Shown: piece after piece, positions 1 to 11,600 of the stretch | How positions within the stretch are numbered: position 1 is the first letter of the stretch | Layout: each line of letters starts with the position of its first letter | Assembly (NCBI GenBank): GCA_010909165.1 | Contig: VJWM01000016.1 | Coordinates: forward strand, 248,001 to 312,000 | Direction: 5' to 3' | Length of the DNA stretch: 64,000 nt | DNA from: Anthoceros angustus | Taxonomy: Eukaryota > Plantae > Anthocerotophyta | Made by a program: the position numbers and the translations under genes | The notes under the pieces: generated by a model | What the model was told of the DNA's origin: nothing | Database searches by the model: none | The model's input: only the letters and a program-made list of their open reading frames with translations

Positions 1-70
1 AGGAAACGAAACGAGAAGAGAAAGCTTGGTTGCGAAGGGCAGTCCAGACAGGTGCACTGCTCTTGCTCAC

Positions 71-411
71 TTGAAGGGCGCAAGGTGGAGCGCAACGAAA
101 GAGACCGAGAAGGCCTCCCCGTTGGAGTCGAGGTATGTCACCGTTTGCTTGGCTGCACCGCTTACGCCCACGCAGACGAGGGCCAGCACCGCGGCGATGG
201 CCCTCAACGCCACGACCAGCAGGCGTGACCCACCCTGGGCGCCCCCGGCATTGGAGACGTGGTGATGGTAGGGGGAGGCCACGCCATCGAAGCCCGTCGG
301 CGGGCCGGTACCGGTACCCGTGCCCTGTCCGCCTCCGACTCCATACCCCGCGCCGCCGGCATACGCTGGTGCCGCGCCGCCACCCACCGGAGCCCCCGTC
401 CCGGTTCCCAT
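71..411 (-). CDS. CASP-like (DUF588/MARVEL) membrane protein, exon 1; gene continues off the left end
   Basis: Gly-rich N-terminus followed by LLVVALRAIAAVLALVCVGVSGAAKQTVTY...LAPF, the typical CASPL first TM helix and loop. Phase-2 donor AA|GTGAG at 71/70. ATG at 411; the ORF is open upstream to 573. Confidence 0.8.
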
Positions 412-1689
412 CCTCCGCACCTGCTGCCGCTCAACTCGCGGCTCCCCCTCGGGCCCTTCCCGCTTCCCTCGCCTTCCTTCCCTACCGCGGCTTGCTGCAA
501 ACCAGGGCCCTGCGAGCGAGGAGGAAGAGAACGGGCGGAGCGGAGGTCGATGCGGGCGAGGACTCGGTGCCAATGCCTCGTCCCCCTGGCTCAGAGTATT
601 AGGCTCTGCACCGGAAGCTCCTCCGCACCTTCCTCATCCCGCTGTTGCATTGCCCAAAGAACTTTTCAGCACTAGCAGCCGGAATGCGGGCTGACAACAC
701 GCGCAACGTTTGTTTAACGTTTCCGCGGCCGCCGTCGCCTCCTCCAATCACAGGATGGGATGACGGTATCGAGGAGGACTTCTGGATTAGAATGTGCCGG
801 CAGCCCTGCCCGTACGCGCGCCCGCTGTTCATTCATCCCACAAGGTGCTGATGCTACTATGCGATTTGCGGCACCGCTTTTTCTTCTTGATCAGGTCACA
901 TGCCTGCAAATACCGACAGCCGGGACTCGAGTTACTTGCACTGCGATTAGCTGTTAACGAGTAGGGCAGCGTTACAACAATGTTAGAGACTTAGTCCATT
1001 GCCTTTACGTGAGCTTTAAGACACTAGTGATTATAGTTGATACAGGGATTCGAACCGCGGTGACCACGTTCCTGACGTTCCAGGCTGAGGCCCTACTCAC
1101 ATTGCGTGAGGCCTCCGTCCGTCCGCAGCCCGCGTATAGCGGGCACCGGACGGAGCTGTAGCGCACCGTGCGCCGGGCCCGCTAAAAATGGGAGATTCGT
1201 TATATGTAGGAATGGTATTTAGGGTTTCAGTTAGGAAGGACCCGTTATTCAATCCCGGGCAAGCTCGAAGTAGCCCGGGTTTGCTCTTCTCTTCCTCCAC
1301 TCTTGAACCCCGTCTCGCTTTTCATGCAGACCTCGCTAGGAGTGTCCTGCGCTGGGACTTCCCTTCTTCTCACGCTGCGACTTCCCTTCTTCTCACGCTG
1401 GGACTTCCCTTCTTCTCGTCTGCACTTGAGAGTCTTGTGTCTGAGTTCTTCTTTTTTTATATATGATTATATTGATTATCTTATTTTCAGTTATCGATCC
1501 TGTGTTCTAATTTTTAGTTATGGATCCTATGTTGTACTTCATGCTTCAAGTTATGTTCCAAAGGTCATATTCACATTCTTTATACTTGGGGGATGTACAC
1601 TATATGGGAACCGATGACAGTGTGATGCATGTATTGTTCATACTCCTTTTGGCAGCTTCAGGTGGTGCTCTTGTGGAGACTTTGCACAC

Positions 1690-1944
1690 GCAAAAAAGTC
1701 GTATTTGGTGGAAAGCTCCATCTTCTACAGGGTTATGGGAAGAGCTACACATGCAAGCTTGGCACTTGGAAGGTGCAAAAAAGTCGTATTTGGTGGAAAG
1801 CTCCATCTTCTACAGGGTTATGGGAAGAGCTACACATGCAAGCTTGGCACTTGGAAGGTGCAAAAAAGTCGTATTTGGTGGAAAGCTCCATCTTCTACAG
1901 GGTTATGGGAAGAGCTACACATGCAAGCTTGGCACTTGGAAGGT
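1690..1944 (+). repeat. 3 x 85-bp tandem repeat inside the Harbinger transposase 5' region
   Basis: Unit gcaaaaaagtcgtatttggtgg...ggcacttggaaggt starts at 1690, 1775 and 1860. Confidence 0.95.
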
Positions 1945-1975
1945 CCTGAGAGACGAGATGAGCATTGGCGTAGAG

Positions 1976-2874
1976 AATACCGAATGTCATATCCAACTTT
2001 CATGGTTCTCGCTCAACAAGTGCATCCTTTCCTTGTACGAACCTCACCAAGAACGCTCTATACCATGTGATAAAGCTATTGCTACGGTGTTGCATAGGCT
2101 TGGCGGTCTACCTTCCTCACCGTTGCAAATATGGTATTGGTGATGCCACGGTTGTTGAGTATACTAAGCTCATTGTTTCCATCTTAAGTGACCCCATCAT
2201 TAAATACCGAATGTCATATCCAACTTTCATGGTTCTCGTTCAACAATCGCATCCTTTCCGGTACGAACCTCACCAAGAACGTCTATACCATGTGATAAAG
2301 CTATTGCTATACGGTGTTGCATAGGCTTGGCGGTCTACCTTCCTCACCGTTGCTTGAAATATGGTATTGGTGATGCCACAGTTGAGTATACTAAGCTCAT
2401 TGTTTCCATCTTAAGTGACCCCATCATTAAATACCGAATGTCATATCCAACTTTCATGGTTCAACAACAAGCATCCTTTCACGTACGAACCTCACCAAGA
2501 ACGTCTATACCATGTGATAAAGCTATTGCTCTGGTGTTGCATAGGCTTGGCAGGGGTCTACCTTGCCTCACCGTTGCTTCGAAATATGGTATTGGTGATG
2601 CCACAGTTGTTGAGTATACTAAGCTCATTGTTTCCATCTTAAGTGACCCCATCATTAAATACCGAATGTCATATCCAACTTTCATGGTTCTCGTTCAACA
2701 ATGCATCCTTTTCTGTACGAACCTCACCAAGAACGTCTATACCATGTGATAAAGCTATTGCTCGGTGTTGCATAGGCTTGGCGGTCTACCTTCCTCACCG
2801 TTGCTTGAAATATGGTATTGGTGATGCCACGCTTGTTGAGTATACTAAGCTCATTGTTTCCATCTTAAGTGACC
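1976..2874 (+). repeat. 4 x ~227-bp tandem repeat encoding the transposase HTH segment
   Basis: aataccgaatgtcatatccaactttcatgg recurs at 1976, 2203, 2430 and 2658. Confidence 0.95.
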
Positions 2875-3843
2875 GCCAAGCTATATTCTTCATTTATCAC
2901 CATTCCATCGGTTCGTAGTTGACATATCAACAAAGATTTGAGCGTGGACCCTATTGCCTAATATTGTTGGTGCTATAGATGGATCCCTTATCAAGTTTGC
3001 CACCAAACCTATTTGGCGGTACGCTCCGGACTTATCACTTATCAAAACGATACAATATGCATTGCATGGTTGTGCAAGCCATATGTGACAACCAGAAGAT
3101 GTTTATTGATATATGTGCTAATAGTCCGGGAGGTTCAAATGACGCTGGTATTCTCCGGAATAGTAGCTTATGGCAGCGCCTTATCACTAAACGGATATTT
3201 GCAGGGCCAATCATTGAAGTGGAGGGAGTTCTAGTACCTCCTTATATCATTGGTGACTCCGCGTATCCTCTGAGACCTTTTCTTATGAAAGGCTTCAAAA
3301 TGCCTATGAATGCAGAGCAAAGAGCATTCAACTCTTCCTTTTCTTCCAGAGTTGTCATTGAGAATGCTTTCTCCTTATTAAAGAACAGTGGAGAATATTG
3401 AAGAACCTCAACGTCCACGTGAAATATGCGAGCAGTGGTACTTGTTGTGTTTTGCACAACTTTTGCATTGTGGCTGGTGAGTTAGAACCTTCGGAACCAG
3501 GGGTGGACGAGTATCCTCTACCATATGATGTTCCTGTTATCTTGACAAGTGTGGATGAAGAGGCTATGAAGAGTATTGCACTGGTTCAACACAATGCCTT
3601 GGTCAAGCATTGGCGTAGACAAAGACAAGAACAATAGTGTTGCATTTATGTGCTTGAGTGATGTACTTTGTTGCACAAATAAGTGAATAAGTCAGCAAGT
3701 GCGTTTGTTGTTTTTGAAAGAAGTCTCTTATTAAAATCGAAAAGTGAGAATACAAGCTTGTAGAGGTAAACAAGTTTATTCTAATGGTATATAGCTTGTT
3801 TTGAGATTAATTGTACGTTGGGACTGAATGGCACTTGAAGGTG

Positions 3844-5369
3844 CAAAAAGTCGATTGGTGGAAAGCTCCATCTTCTGTGGTTATGGGAAGAGCTACACAT
3901 GCAAGCTTGGCACTTGGAAGGTCCCGAGAGATGAGCATTGGCGAGAATACCGAATGTCATATCCAACTTTCATGGTTCTCGCTCAACAAGTGCATCCTTT
4001 CCTGGTACGAACCTCACCAAGAACGTCTATACCATGTGATAAAGCTATTGCTCTGGTGTTGCATAGGCTTGGCAGGGGTCTACCTTCCCTCACCGTTGCC
4101 TCGAAATATGGTATTGGTGATGCCACAGTTGTTGAGTATACTAAGCTCATTGTTTCCATCTTAAGTGACCCCATCATTAAATACCGAATGTCATATCCAA
4201 CTTTCATGGTTCTCGCTCAACAACGCATCCTTTCACGTACGAACCTCACCAAGAACGCCTATACCATGTGATAAAGCTATTGCTCGTGTTGCATAGGCTT
4301 GGGTAGGTCTACCTTGCCTCACCGCTGTTTCAAATATGGTATTGGTGATGCCAGCTTGTTGAGTATACTAAGCTCATTGTTTCCATCTTAAGTGACCCCA
4401 TCATTAAATACCGAATGTCATATCCAACTTTCATGGTTCTCGCTCAACAACCGCATCCTTTTCTGTACGAACCTCACCAAGAACGCCTATACCATGTGAT
4501 AAAGCTATTGCTCGGTGTTGCATAGGCTTGGCGGGGTCTACCTTCCTCACCGCTGTTTCAAATATGGTATTGGTGATGCCACATTGTTGAGTATACTAAG
4601 CTCATTGTTTCCATCTTAAGTGACCCCGCTATATTCTTCATTTATCACCATTCCATCACGCCAGTTGACATATCAAAGATTTGAGCTGGACCCTATTGCC
4701 TAATATTGTTGGTGCTATAGATGGATCCCTTATCAAGTTTGCCACCAAACCTGCTGAGCAGTACACTCCAACAGCTTATCACTGCAAACGATACAATATG
4801 CATTGCATGGTTGTGCAAGCCGTATGTGACAACCAGAAGATGTTCATTGATATATGTGCTAATAGTCCGGAGGTTCAAATGACGCTGGTATTCTCCGGAA
4901 TAGTAGCTTATGGCAGCGCCTTATCACTAGACGGATATTTGCAGGGCCAATCATTGAAGTGGAGGGAGTTCTAGTACCTCCTTACATCATTGGTGACTCC
5001 GCGTATCCTCTGAGACCTTTTCTTATGAAAGGCTTCAAAATGCCTATGAATGCAGAGCAAAGAGCATTCAACTCTTCCTTTTCTTCTGGACGAGTTGTCA
5101 TTGAGAATGCTTTCTCCTTATTAAAGAACAGGTGGAGAATATTGAAGAACCTCAACGTCCACGTGAAATATGAAGAACCTGCTTGTTGTGTTTTGCACAA
5201 CTTTTGCATTGTGGTGAGTTAGAACCTTGAACTGTGGGTGGACGAGTATCCTCTACCATATGATGTTCTGTTATCTTGACAAGTGCGGAGGAAGAGGCTA
5301 TGAAGAGTATTGAATGGTTCAACACAATGCCTTGGTCAAGCATTGGCGAGACAAAGACAAGAACAATAG
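3844..5369 (+). pseudogene. PIF/Harbinger transposase, tandem copy 2 (5'-truncated; 3 copies of the ~230-bp unit)
   Basis: Repeats the copy 1 sequence, including NIVGAIDGSLI, IIGDSAYP and GRVVIENAFSLLKNRWRIL. The duplicated 3' region extends to ~5573. Confidence 0.9.
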
Positions 5370-5825
5370 TGTTGCATTTATGTGCTTGAGTGATGTACTT
5401 TGTTGCACAAATAAGTGAATAAGTCAGCAAGTGCGTTTGTTGTTTTTGAAAGAAGTCTCTTATTAAAATCCAAAAGTGAGAATACAAGCTTGTAGAGGTA
5501 AACAAGCTGATTCTAATGGTATATAGCTTGTTTCGAGATTAATTGTACGTTGGGACTGAATGGCACTTGAAGGTCTGCTCAAAACTTAAGAAACTATCTC
5601 GAAGTCTGCAATTTCGGAGCTGTTTCAAAGGTCATCTTTCATTCAAATGAAAAAGTGAAAACATAACCTTGTAGAGATCAATGAGCAGATTCTAATGGTA
5701 TGTAGCTCTTTTCGAGGTGAGTCGTATTTTGGGACTGAATGGCACTTGGAGTTATGGTGAAACCTTACAATATTATAGCTAGCACAAACCATAAGCTATG
5801 ACAAGTGCTGGAACCCCTTGATGTA

Positions 5826-6775
5826 TCACTCCTGCTCCTGCCTTGGGCACTTGGATGCTTGTACCAAGAGCTTGGCCAGCTCTATTTGCGTGAATTGTTG
5901 GAGTTCAACAACCTTCATGCTCTGCTCTAGCCTTGTTTTCTCCATGTTTTGAAGGCTCTCCAACCTTGCTCTCTCCATACTTTGGAGGTTCTCTTGCTTC
6001 ACAGCTTCAACTCTTGCCCACACCTCTGCAAAGCTGTTGATTGATTCAACTATCTTGTCTATCCCAGCACCTGAGAGCTTCCTTTTGGCTTGCTTGGAGA
6101 CCTTCTTCAAGCACCTTTGAGCTTCTTCAACACCTTTGAGCTTTGTCACTTGAGTGAAAGGTGAATCACAAGAGTGATTGTCCTTGGATGTAGAAGGAGG
6201 AGTAGGGCCCCTAGCAGGAGTTGTAGGGGGTGGGGATGTAGGAGGAGGAGAAGAGGCAGGAGGGGAGCTTGCTGGTGGGTTGTGAGTGTGTGATGACTCA
6301 CACACTGGTTTATGCATGCACCTTCACAAACATGCGTTTCAGTTAAATCCACAAAGCCTGGGTCATGCGAGTTAGGCATTCCTACCACCTTTGGATTGTG
6401 TGACATGAAGGAATGCAGGGCTTCCCAAAAAGCCCACTCAGAAGCATACACTCCCGTGTCAAGCTTTTTGGTCTTTTGCTTATATTGCTTCTTGAGGGAG
6501 TCCATTTTGTTGCGACATTGCAGACCTATTGGCACAAATCCCATGCAAGAGGACGAAATCCTGAGTGCAATAGCGTTCCAGTGGTGGGAAGCAAGGTTCC
6601 CTTTGTGAAGATGGTTGACATACACCTCCTCGTACGCCGAGATGAGAGCATGAGTGCTGTCTCCTGTCCATGCAGCCACATTCTGGTTTTGAAGCCTAGG
6701 AATCGCTGAAACTTGTAGCCCAAATGCGGTTGGGACAAGTGCTAGTTGTGTTGCCAACATGTCAGATTGGGACAT
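5826..6775 (-). CDS. Myb/SANT-like trihelix DNA-binding protein (Harbinger partner ORF) with an ASIL/SIP1-like C-terminal coiled coil; one frameshift or short intron near 6320
   Basis: WTGDSTHALISAY..KGNLASHHW..QCRNKMDSLKKQYK..EWAFWEALHSFM; C-terminus IVESINSFAEVWARVEAVKQE..TQIELAKL; convergent with the transposase. Confidence 0.85.
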
Positions 6776-7782
6776 GGATCCATGGGGAACTGATTGGGCA
6801 ACTTCACGAACACCGGCCCAAAGACAAACAAATAAGAGCGAAGGAACCGTCCCCCACAAACAGCGAAGGAAGAAGATGAGCCGGTGGTCACATGCACCTG
6901 AGATATATCTCGAGTGCTTAAAAAAATACATATGTCAGCTGTTATGGGAAAGCCGCTCTGACATATGGAGAGCTCCGTCGTTAAAAGTCCCGTCGCCTAA
7001 GGCTAACGCAAACTTAATGAGCCCCGCCATCTGCATCGCCTGTGGCCACGCACTTCGGCTGCAAAGCCGAGAGGCATGAGGCCGCATGCGGGCATGCTTC
7101 TCTTTCTTTCCGCCGCCTCCTTCCTCGGCAGAACGGCCCGGCTGCCCTTCTCAACGGCTCCGCCTCCTCATGGTCACCCATCTCGGTCTCAACTGCTCAC
7201 CAAGCACTCGATTACGAACTCCCACCGCCTTGTTCATTTTGAACATACTGTAATAGATTATGCTTTCTCACCGCAATAAAATCACCTACACGATCGCCAG
7301 GAATGTAAGCGCTTCACATTCATGTGCATTTTCATCTTCCTCGATGATTGCCCATGCCCCATGACAAATGCTCCTTGGTGAAGATGCCGGGCTCCAGGCC
7401 GTGACTGAGTGTGAGGCAAATGTTCCATTCCACCGACATCACAATTTTGAGAGACTACCGCCACTTGCTCGATCGTACTGCCAAGCTTCCTCCGAATCGA
7501 GAGCCGCATTAGAAGTGGGTTATAAATACTTGAAACGCCTGCTTTGGCATGCATTAGGAACGAGAACAGGGATGGGGAACAGTGAGACCATAGACGTGAG
7601 CAGGTGAAGGACGGCGCTGAAAGGAGCGCGAGAGCGTTGAGAGGAGGGTGGAGGGAGCCGTTGAAGGCTACTTACATTGAATATTGAAACACCTCCGTCC
7701 GTCGCGGAGTCCACCTGGAATGTTCTTTTAAAAATGGAGTTCATCTGCTAAAAGTAGGGAGCAACCCTACTTTTAGACCGAG

Positions 7783-8388
7783 TCTCAGATATGTCGAGCG
7801 GCTTTCCTGCACATGGCATATGTATTTTTTAAGCACCCGAGATATATCTCGTGCATGACCACCGCTCATCTTCTTCCTTCATTTGTTGTGGGGACGGTTC
7901 CTTCGCCTTCACTGCTCAGGTTGTTGCTGGGTTGCCCAACTGTTCCCCATGGATCCGCTGTCCTAACATGTTGTTGCCAACATTAACTAGCACTTGTCCC
8001 AAGCGCATCCGGGCTATAAGTTTCGGATTCCTAGGCTTCAAACCAATGTGGCTGCATGGACAGAGACATGCACGCCTCATCTCTCACAGGCGAGAGGAGG
8101 TGTATGTCAACCATCTTCACAAAGGGAACCTCGCCTCCCACCATTGGGACGCTTATTGCACTCGTGATTTCGCCTCTTGCATGGGATTTGTGCCAACAGT
8201 CCGCAATGTCGCAACAAAATGGACTCCCTCAAGAAGCAATATAAGCAAGAGACCAAAAAGCTTGACACGGAGGTGTATATCGAGTGGGCTTTTGGGAAGC
8301 CTGCATTCCTTCGCGACAATCCAAAGGTGGTAGTAATGCCTAACTCGCATGACCCAGGCTTTGTGGATTTAACTGAAACGCACGCTTG
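7783..8388 (+). pseudogene. Inverted, degenerate duplicate of the trihelix gene 5' half (mirror of ~6325-6972)
   Basis: Reverse-complement similarity; encodes EEVYVNHLHKGNLASHHW and QCRNKMDSLKKQYKQE on the + strand. Confidence 0.9.
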
Positions 8389-9499
8389 TCCCAAGCGCAT
8401 CTGGGCATTGGACTGTGTGTCCAATTTGGAGCCCTATCCAGGGACTGATTGCGTTTGAAAGTTTCGAACAGCAGGGTTTTGCTCTTGCTGCATTTGCTTT
8501 GATTTTCAATCTGGCATCGCGAGTGAGCGAGGCCGTGTGCTACAAGCTTTGCATGTGAGCTGGAGTTTTGCTGTGCTGTGTTTCTTAATCCTAGGGCAGA
8601 CATAGGGGACCGTAGGTGCTGCCGCATGATCAAAGCAGTTGAACTTTCTATTTTGTGCTAGGGAGGAGGGTGCCATGAAGAGGGTGAAGGATACAGGTAG
8701 CAATACCTACACATGCTTTGGCCATGGGGGCAGCGTGGTTTTCTGGATAGGTTCAGAGGAAAGTTTGGGAGGGAGCCAACCGTGGATGAGATCAGAGCTG
8801 TTGGTACAGTTCACGGAAATTGGCTGGTGAAGCTGCGTTTTGGATGAATTCCAAAATCACAAGTCCTGCTTTGGGTCCACAGGTTAACTCACAGGGGATT
8901 GACACTGCTATTAACGTGTGAAACCAGTTGGTTGAGGCAGGTTACCCAACCGATGAATGCGATACCCAATCATGGGGCTTGGCTTATAAAGTTGAAAGAG
9001 TTTTGGATGCAGTCTGGAACTAGAACTCCAGCTTTGGGTCTGCAAGTGGACTCAAAGGGGCAGAAGGACAAGGCGATTAATGTGTGGACCTTGTTGAAGG
9101 ATGCAGGCTATTCCATCAAGGAGTGCGATGAGAAGGTCATGGAGGCCATCCTAAAGCAGAATGTCATAGATGACGGTGGATGGTGGGGCATTATCTTCCC
9201 CGCAGTTGCAAGACAAGCTGAGGATGCTTGAGCATGATTCTGGTTAGGTCGTTGTCCAGGACTATTGTGTCTATTTTGTGATAGCCTGAAGTTCTGTGAA
9301 CTTGAACTGATTTAAGTTCGTGGTTCTCTTTTTGCAGGTGGCAAACCTTTGGGGCAGTCTTTGAGTTGAGGTGCTGGGTGGAGAAAATTCTTAGATGCCC
9401 GTGTAGCATGTAGGGGGCTGGGAGTCTAATATATTGTAGGATGTAGGTGCAATCCCGAATTCGGTACCCCATAACCCACACACCCGCCTAGCACTCCTT

Positions 9500-10049
9500 C
9501 ATTTTACTACAACAGAGTGCACTTTACTACAGCAATATAAATCCGTTTTTACTTTACTACGGTCCTGTTTACTTCAGATTTTTACTACGCGCCTTATTTT
9601 GCAGCCAGGTGTTTTACAACGGCCCGTTATAACTACAGTTCACTGATTAACCTAACCATGGTTACATAACTATGGTTTATAAACTACTGTTATTTAACTT
9701 CAGTTAATAAACTTGAGTTAATTCACATTGGTTACTTAACCATATTTTATTAACCACGATTACAGTTGTTGTAAATGCCGTTGTAGATCAACATGGTAAT
9801 TGTTGTTGTAAAGTGAATCGTAGTTAAACCATAACTGATGTACGGTCAACTCCGTAAAGTATATCGTATGTATGTCACATACGAATACGGTATATAGCCA
9901 TGGTATACGGTGTGAAGACATTACCAGGGAAATTAACGCTATGTGTTTACAACGGGCATTTTACTACATGTGTAGTAATTTTGTAGTAATGTCCGTAGTA
10001 AATTCCGTTGTAAAGGACACGTTTTCCTAGTAGTGTTTTCCTAGTAGTG
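9500..10049. mobile_element. CACTA/EnSpm terminus: subterminal repeats plus TIR (reverse complement CACTACTAGGAAAAC), with the TIR tandemly doubled
   Basis: Many tttactac/tttacaac/gtagtaa motifs in both orientations; ends gttttcctagtagtg-ttttcctagtagtg at 10021-10049. No partner TIR seen. Confidence 0.8.
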
Positions 10050-10092
10050 TCCATTGAGGTTATCCCTACTTTACAGTTCTCCATTAGTGAGA

Positions 10093-10240
10093 GCCTTTCC
10101 TTCACTTGGGGACGACTCTCACATCCTTTGGGCCCAAGGACAAGGTCAAGGTCAAGGAGGTCTTTGCGTTCTTCTTACACAAACTCTCATTGTTAGGATT
10201 AAGGGTCAAGCTCTCCAAGTGCCGCGTTTTCTCTCCATTG
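10093..10240 (+). pseudogene. Non-LTR retrotransposon RT fragment (CRE-like)
   Basis: FPSLGDDSHI(L)GP..V..VF....L...GLRVKLSKCRVFSP matches RT domains 5-7; flanked by 43-bp direct repeats (10050-10092, 10234-10276). Confidence 0.6.
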
Positions 10241-10899
10241 AGGTTATCCCTACTTTACAGTTCTCCATTAGTGAGATTGCTTACTACAAACGGGATGGGT
10301 ATGTATGGGGGTACGAATGAGTAGGCAGGTATAGAAATACGGTCACTAGCAGACTGGGGGTGTTCAGGGAGTACAGCATGTGTGGCGCGTGTAGTACTCA
10401 TCACCTTAAACTACTGAAAATCGGGCGGTTTAGGGTTTACCAAGCCCGATTATCGGGTTTACCAAGCCTTGACGATGCTTATCTACCAGCGATGCATATT
10501 GGTATTGCAGAGAGATACTGGAATAATCACCTCGGTAAATACGGTAATGAAAGCATACACGTAAAATACAACTACAGCCCGGTACACGTGTTACAATAAT
10601 GGCACGGGCAAAATACGGGAGTATAAGCAACAAGGGTTAAGGTAGATGCGGAGAAGGTTCGGTACCAAGCCTGCAAAACAGTAACAAGAGATAATGTAAG
10701 ACTCTGGTTGTTGCAATTATGTTAAAATTTTGAGAGGGGACACATACCACCTCTCACTACATAGCAACATAATTGCAACAAAATTGTAACATGACTATAA
10801 CAAGATGGAGGGTTGCTTTCCAAACCCTAAACATAACAAGGGACCCCATCACAAAGATGGAAGCAAGCGGCTTCCATATGATTCTAATATGGAAACCAC

Positions 10900-11600
10900 A
10901 GTCATATGGCTTTTTCATGGATTTCATATGATGTGTTGATACAGTAATAATACGTTTTCCCTAACATAGTTCTATGGAATTTTTTCATATGTAGTCCATA
11001 TACACGGTATATTGTCTTGGTGGGGAAGTATTTATATTCGAATATATAACAATCATACATTTGTAATATAAAAATCCACATGAAGTAGAAATGAAGAAAC
11101 ATGTGGTTTTGTTATCGTTTCTTCATGAATTTTCCTTATATGATAGCTATAACCAACAAAAGTATAACACACGTACCCTTGAGGTATTGTTCCTTATATG
11201 CAATTCTTACAGTAGGACATCCATTTTTGCACAAATGCTATATGTTATTTTCATGAATTCCATATTTTTTCTGAATATGTTCTTTATATATTTGACCACA
11301 TGAAGTTGACTTATGTAGAGACCATATGTATGTTATATTATCTTTGTATAAAGTTTTCTTATATGATCGGCATATCCACCAAAACTATAACGTGCATATC
11401 CTTGACTTGATGTTTGTATATAATTAGTAACATTCTTGTATATAGTTAATAACATGAACATTCATTGTTTCCCTTATGCTACATGTTATTTTTTATGGAT
11501 TCCATGTACTTCTCTTTTATGATAACCTTATCTTCTTTATATATAGACCATATGAGTTGACTCATGTACATACCTTAGGCATGATCTATGTTTGTATATG
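10900..11600. repeat. Diverged AT-rich ~220-bp tandem repeats, possibly subterminal repeats of the adjacent element
   Basis: ccacatgaagt..ttccttatatgat..aaaa(g/c)tataac recurs at ~11077 and ~11297, with a partial copy at ~11548. Confidence 0.5.

Larger units (their letters stand above)
1520..3637 (+). pseudogene. PIF/Harbinger DDE transposase (HARBI1/DDE_Tnp_4), copy 1, with internal tandem duplications and frameshifts
   Basis: Motifs RIWWKAPSS, YRMSYPTF, IALVLHRLG, YGIGDATV, VGAIDGS, VVQAICD, IIGDSAYP, RVVIENAFSLLK and CCVLHNFC. Confidence 0.9.

Noticed and set aside
1040-1130. tRNA or SINE suggested by minus-strand GGTTCGAATCCC (box B)
   Set aside because: No convincing cloverleaf, box A or tail could be built
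1690-4626. CRISPR-like array
   Set aside because: Units are contiguous 85/227-bp copies of transposase coding sequence with no unique spacers, in a eukaryotic context
8600-9231. ORF pieces next to the CACTA end as TnpA
   Set aside because: Coding-like, but no recognisable motif
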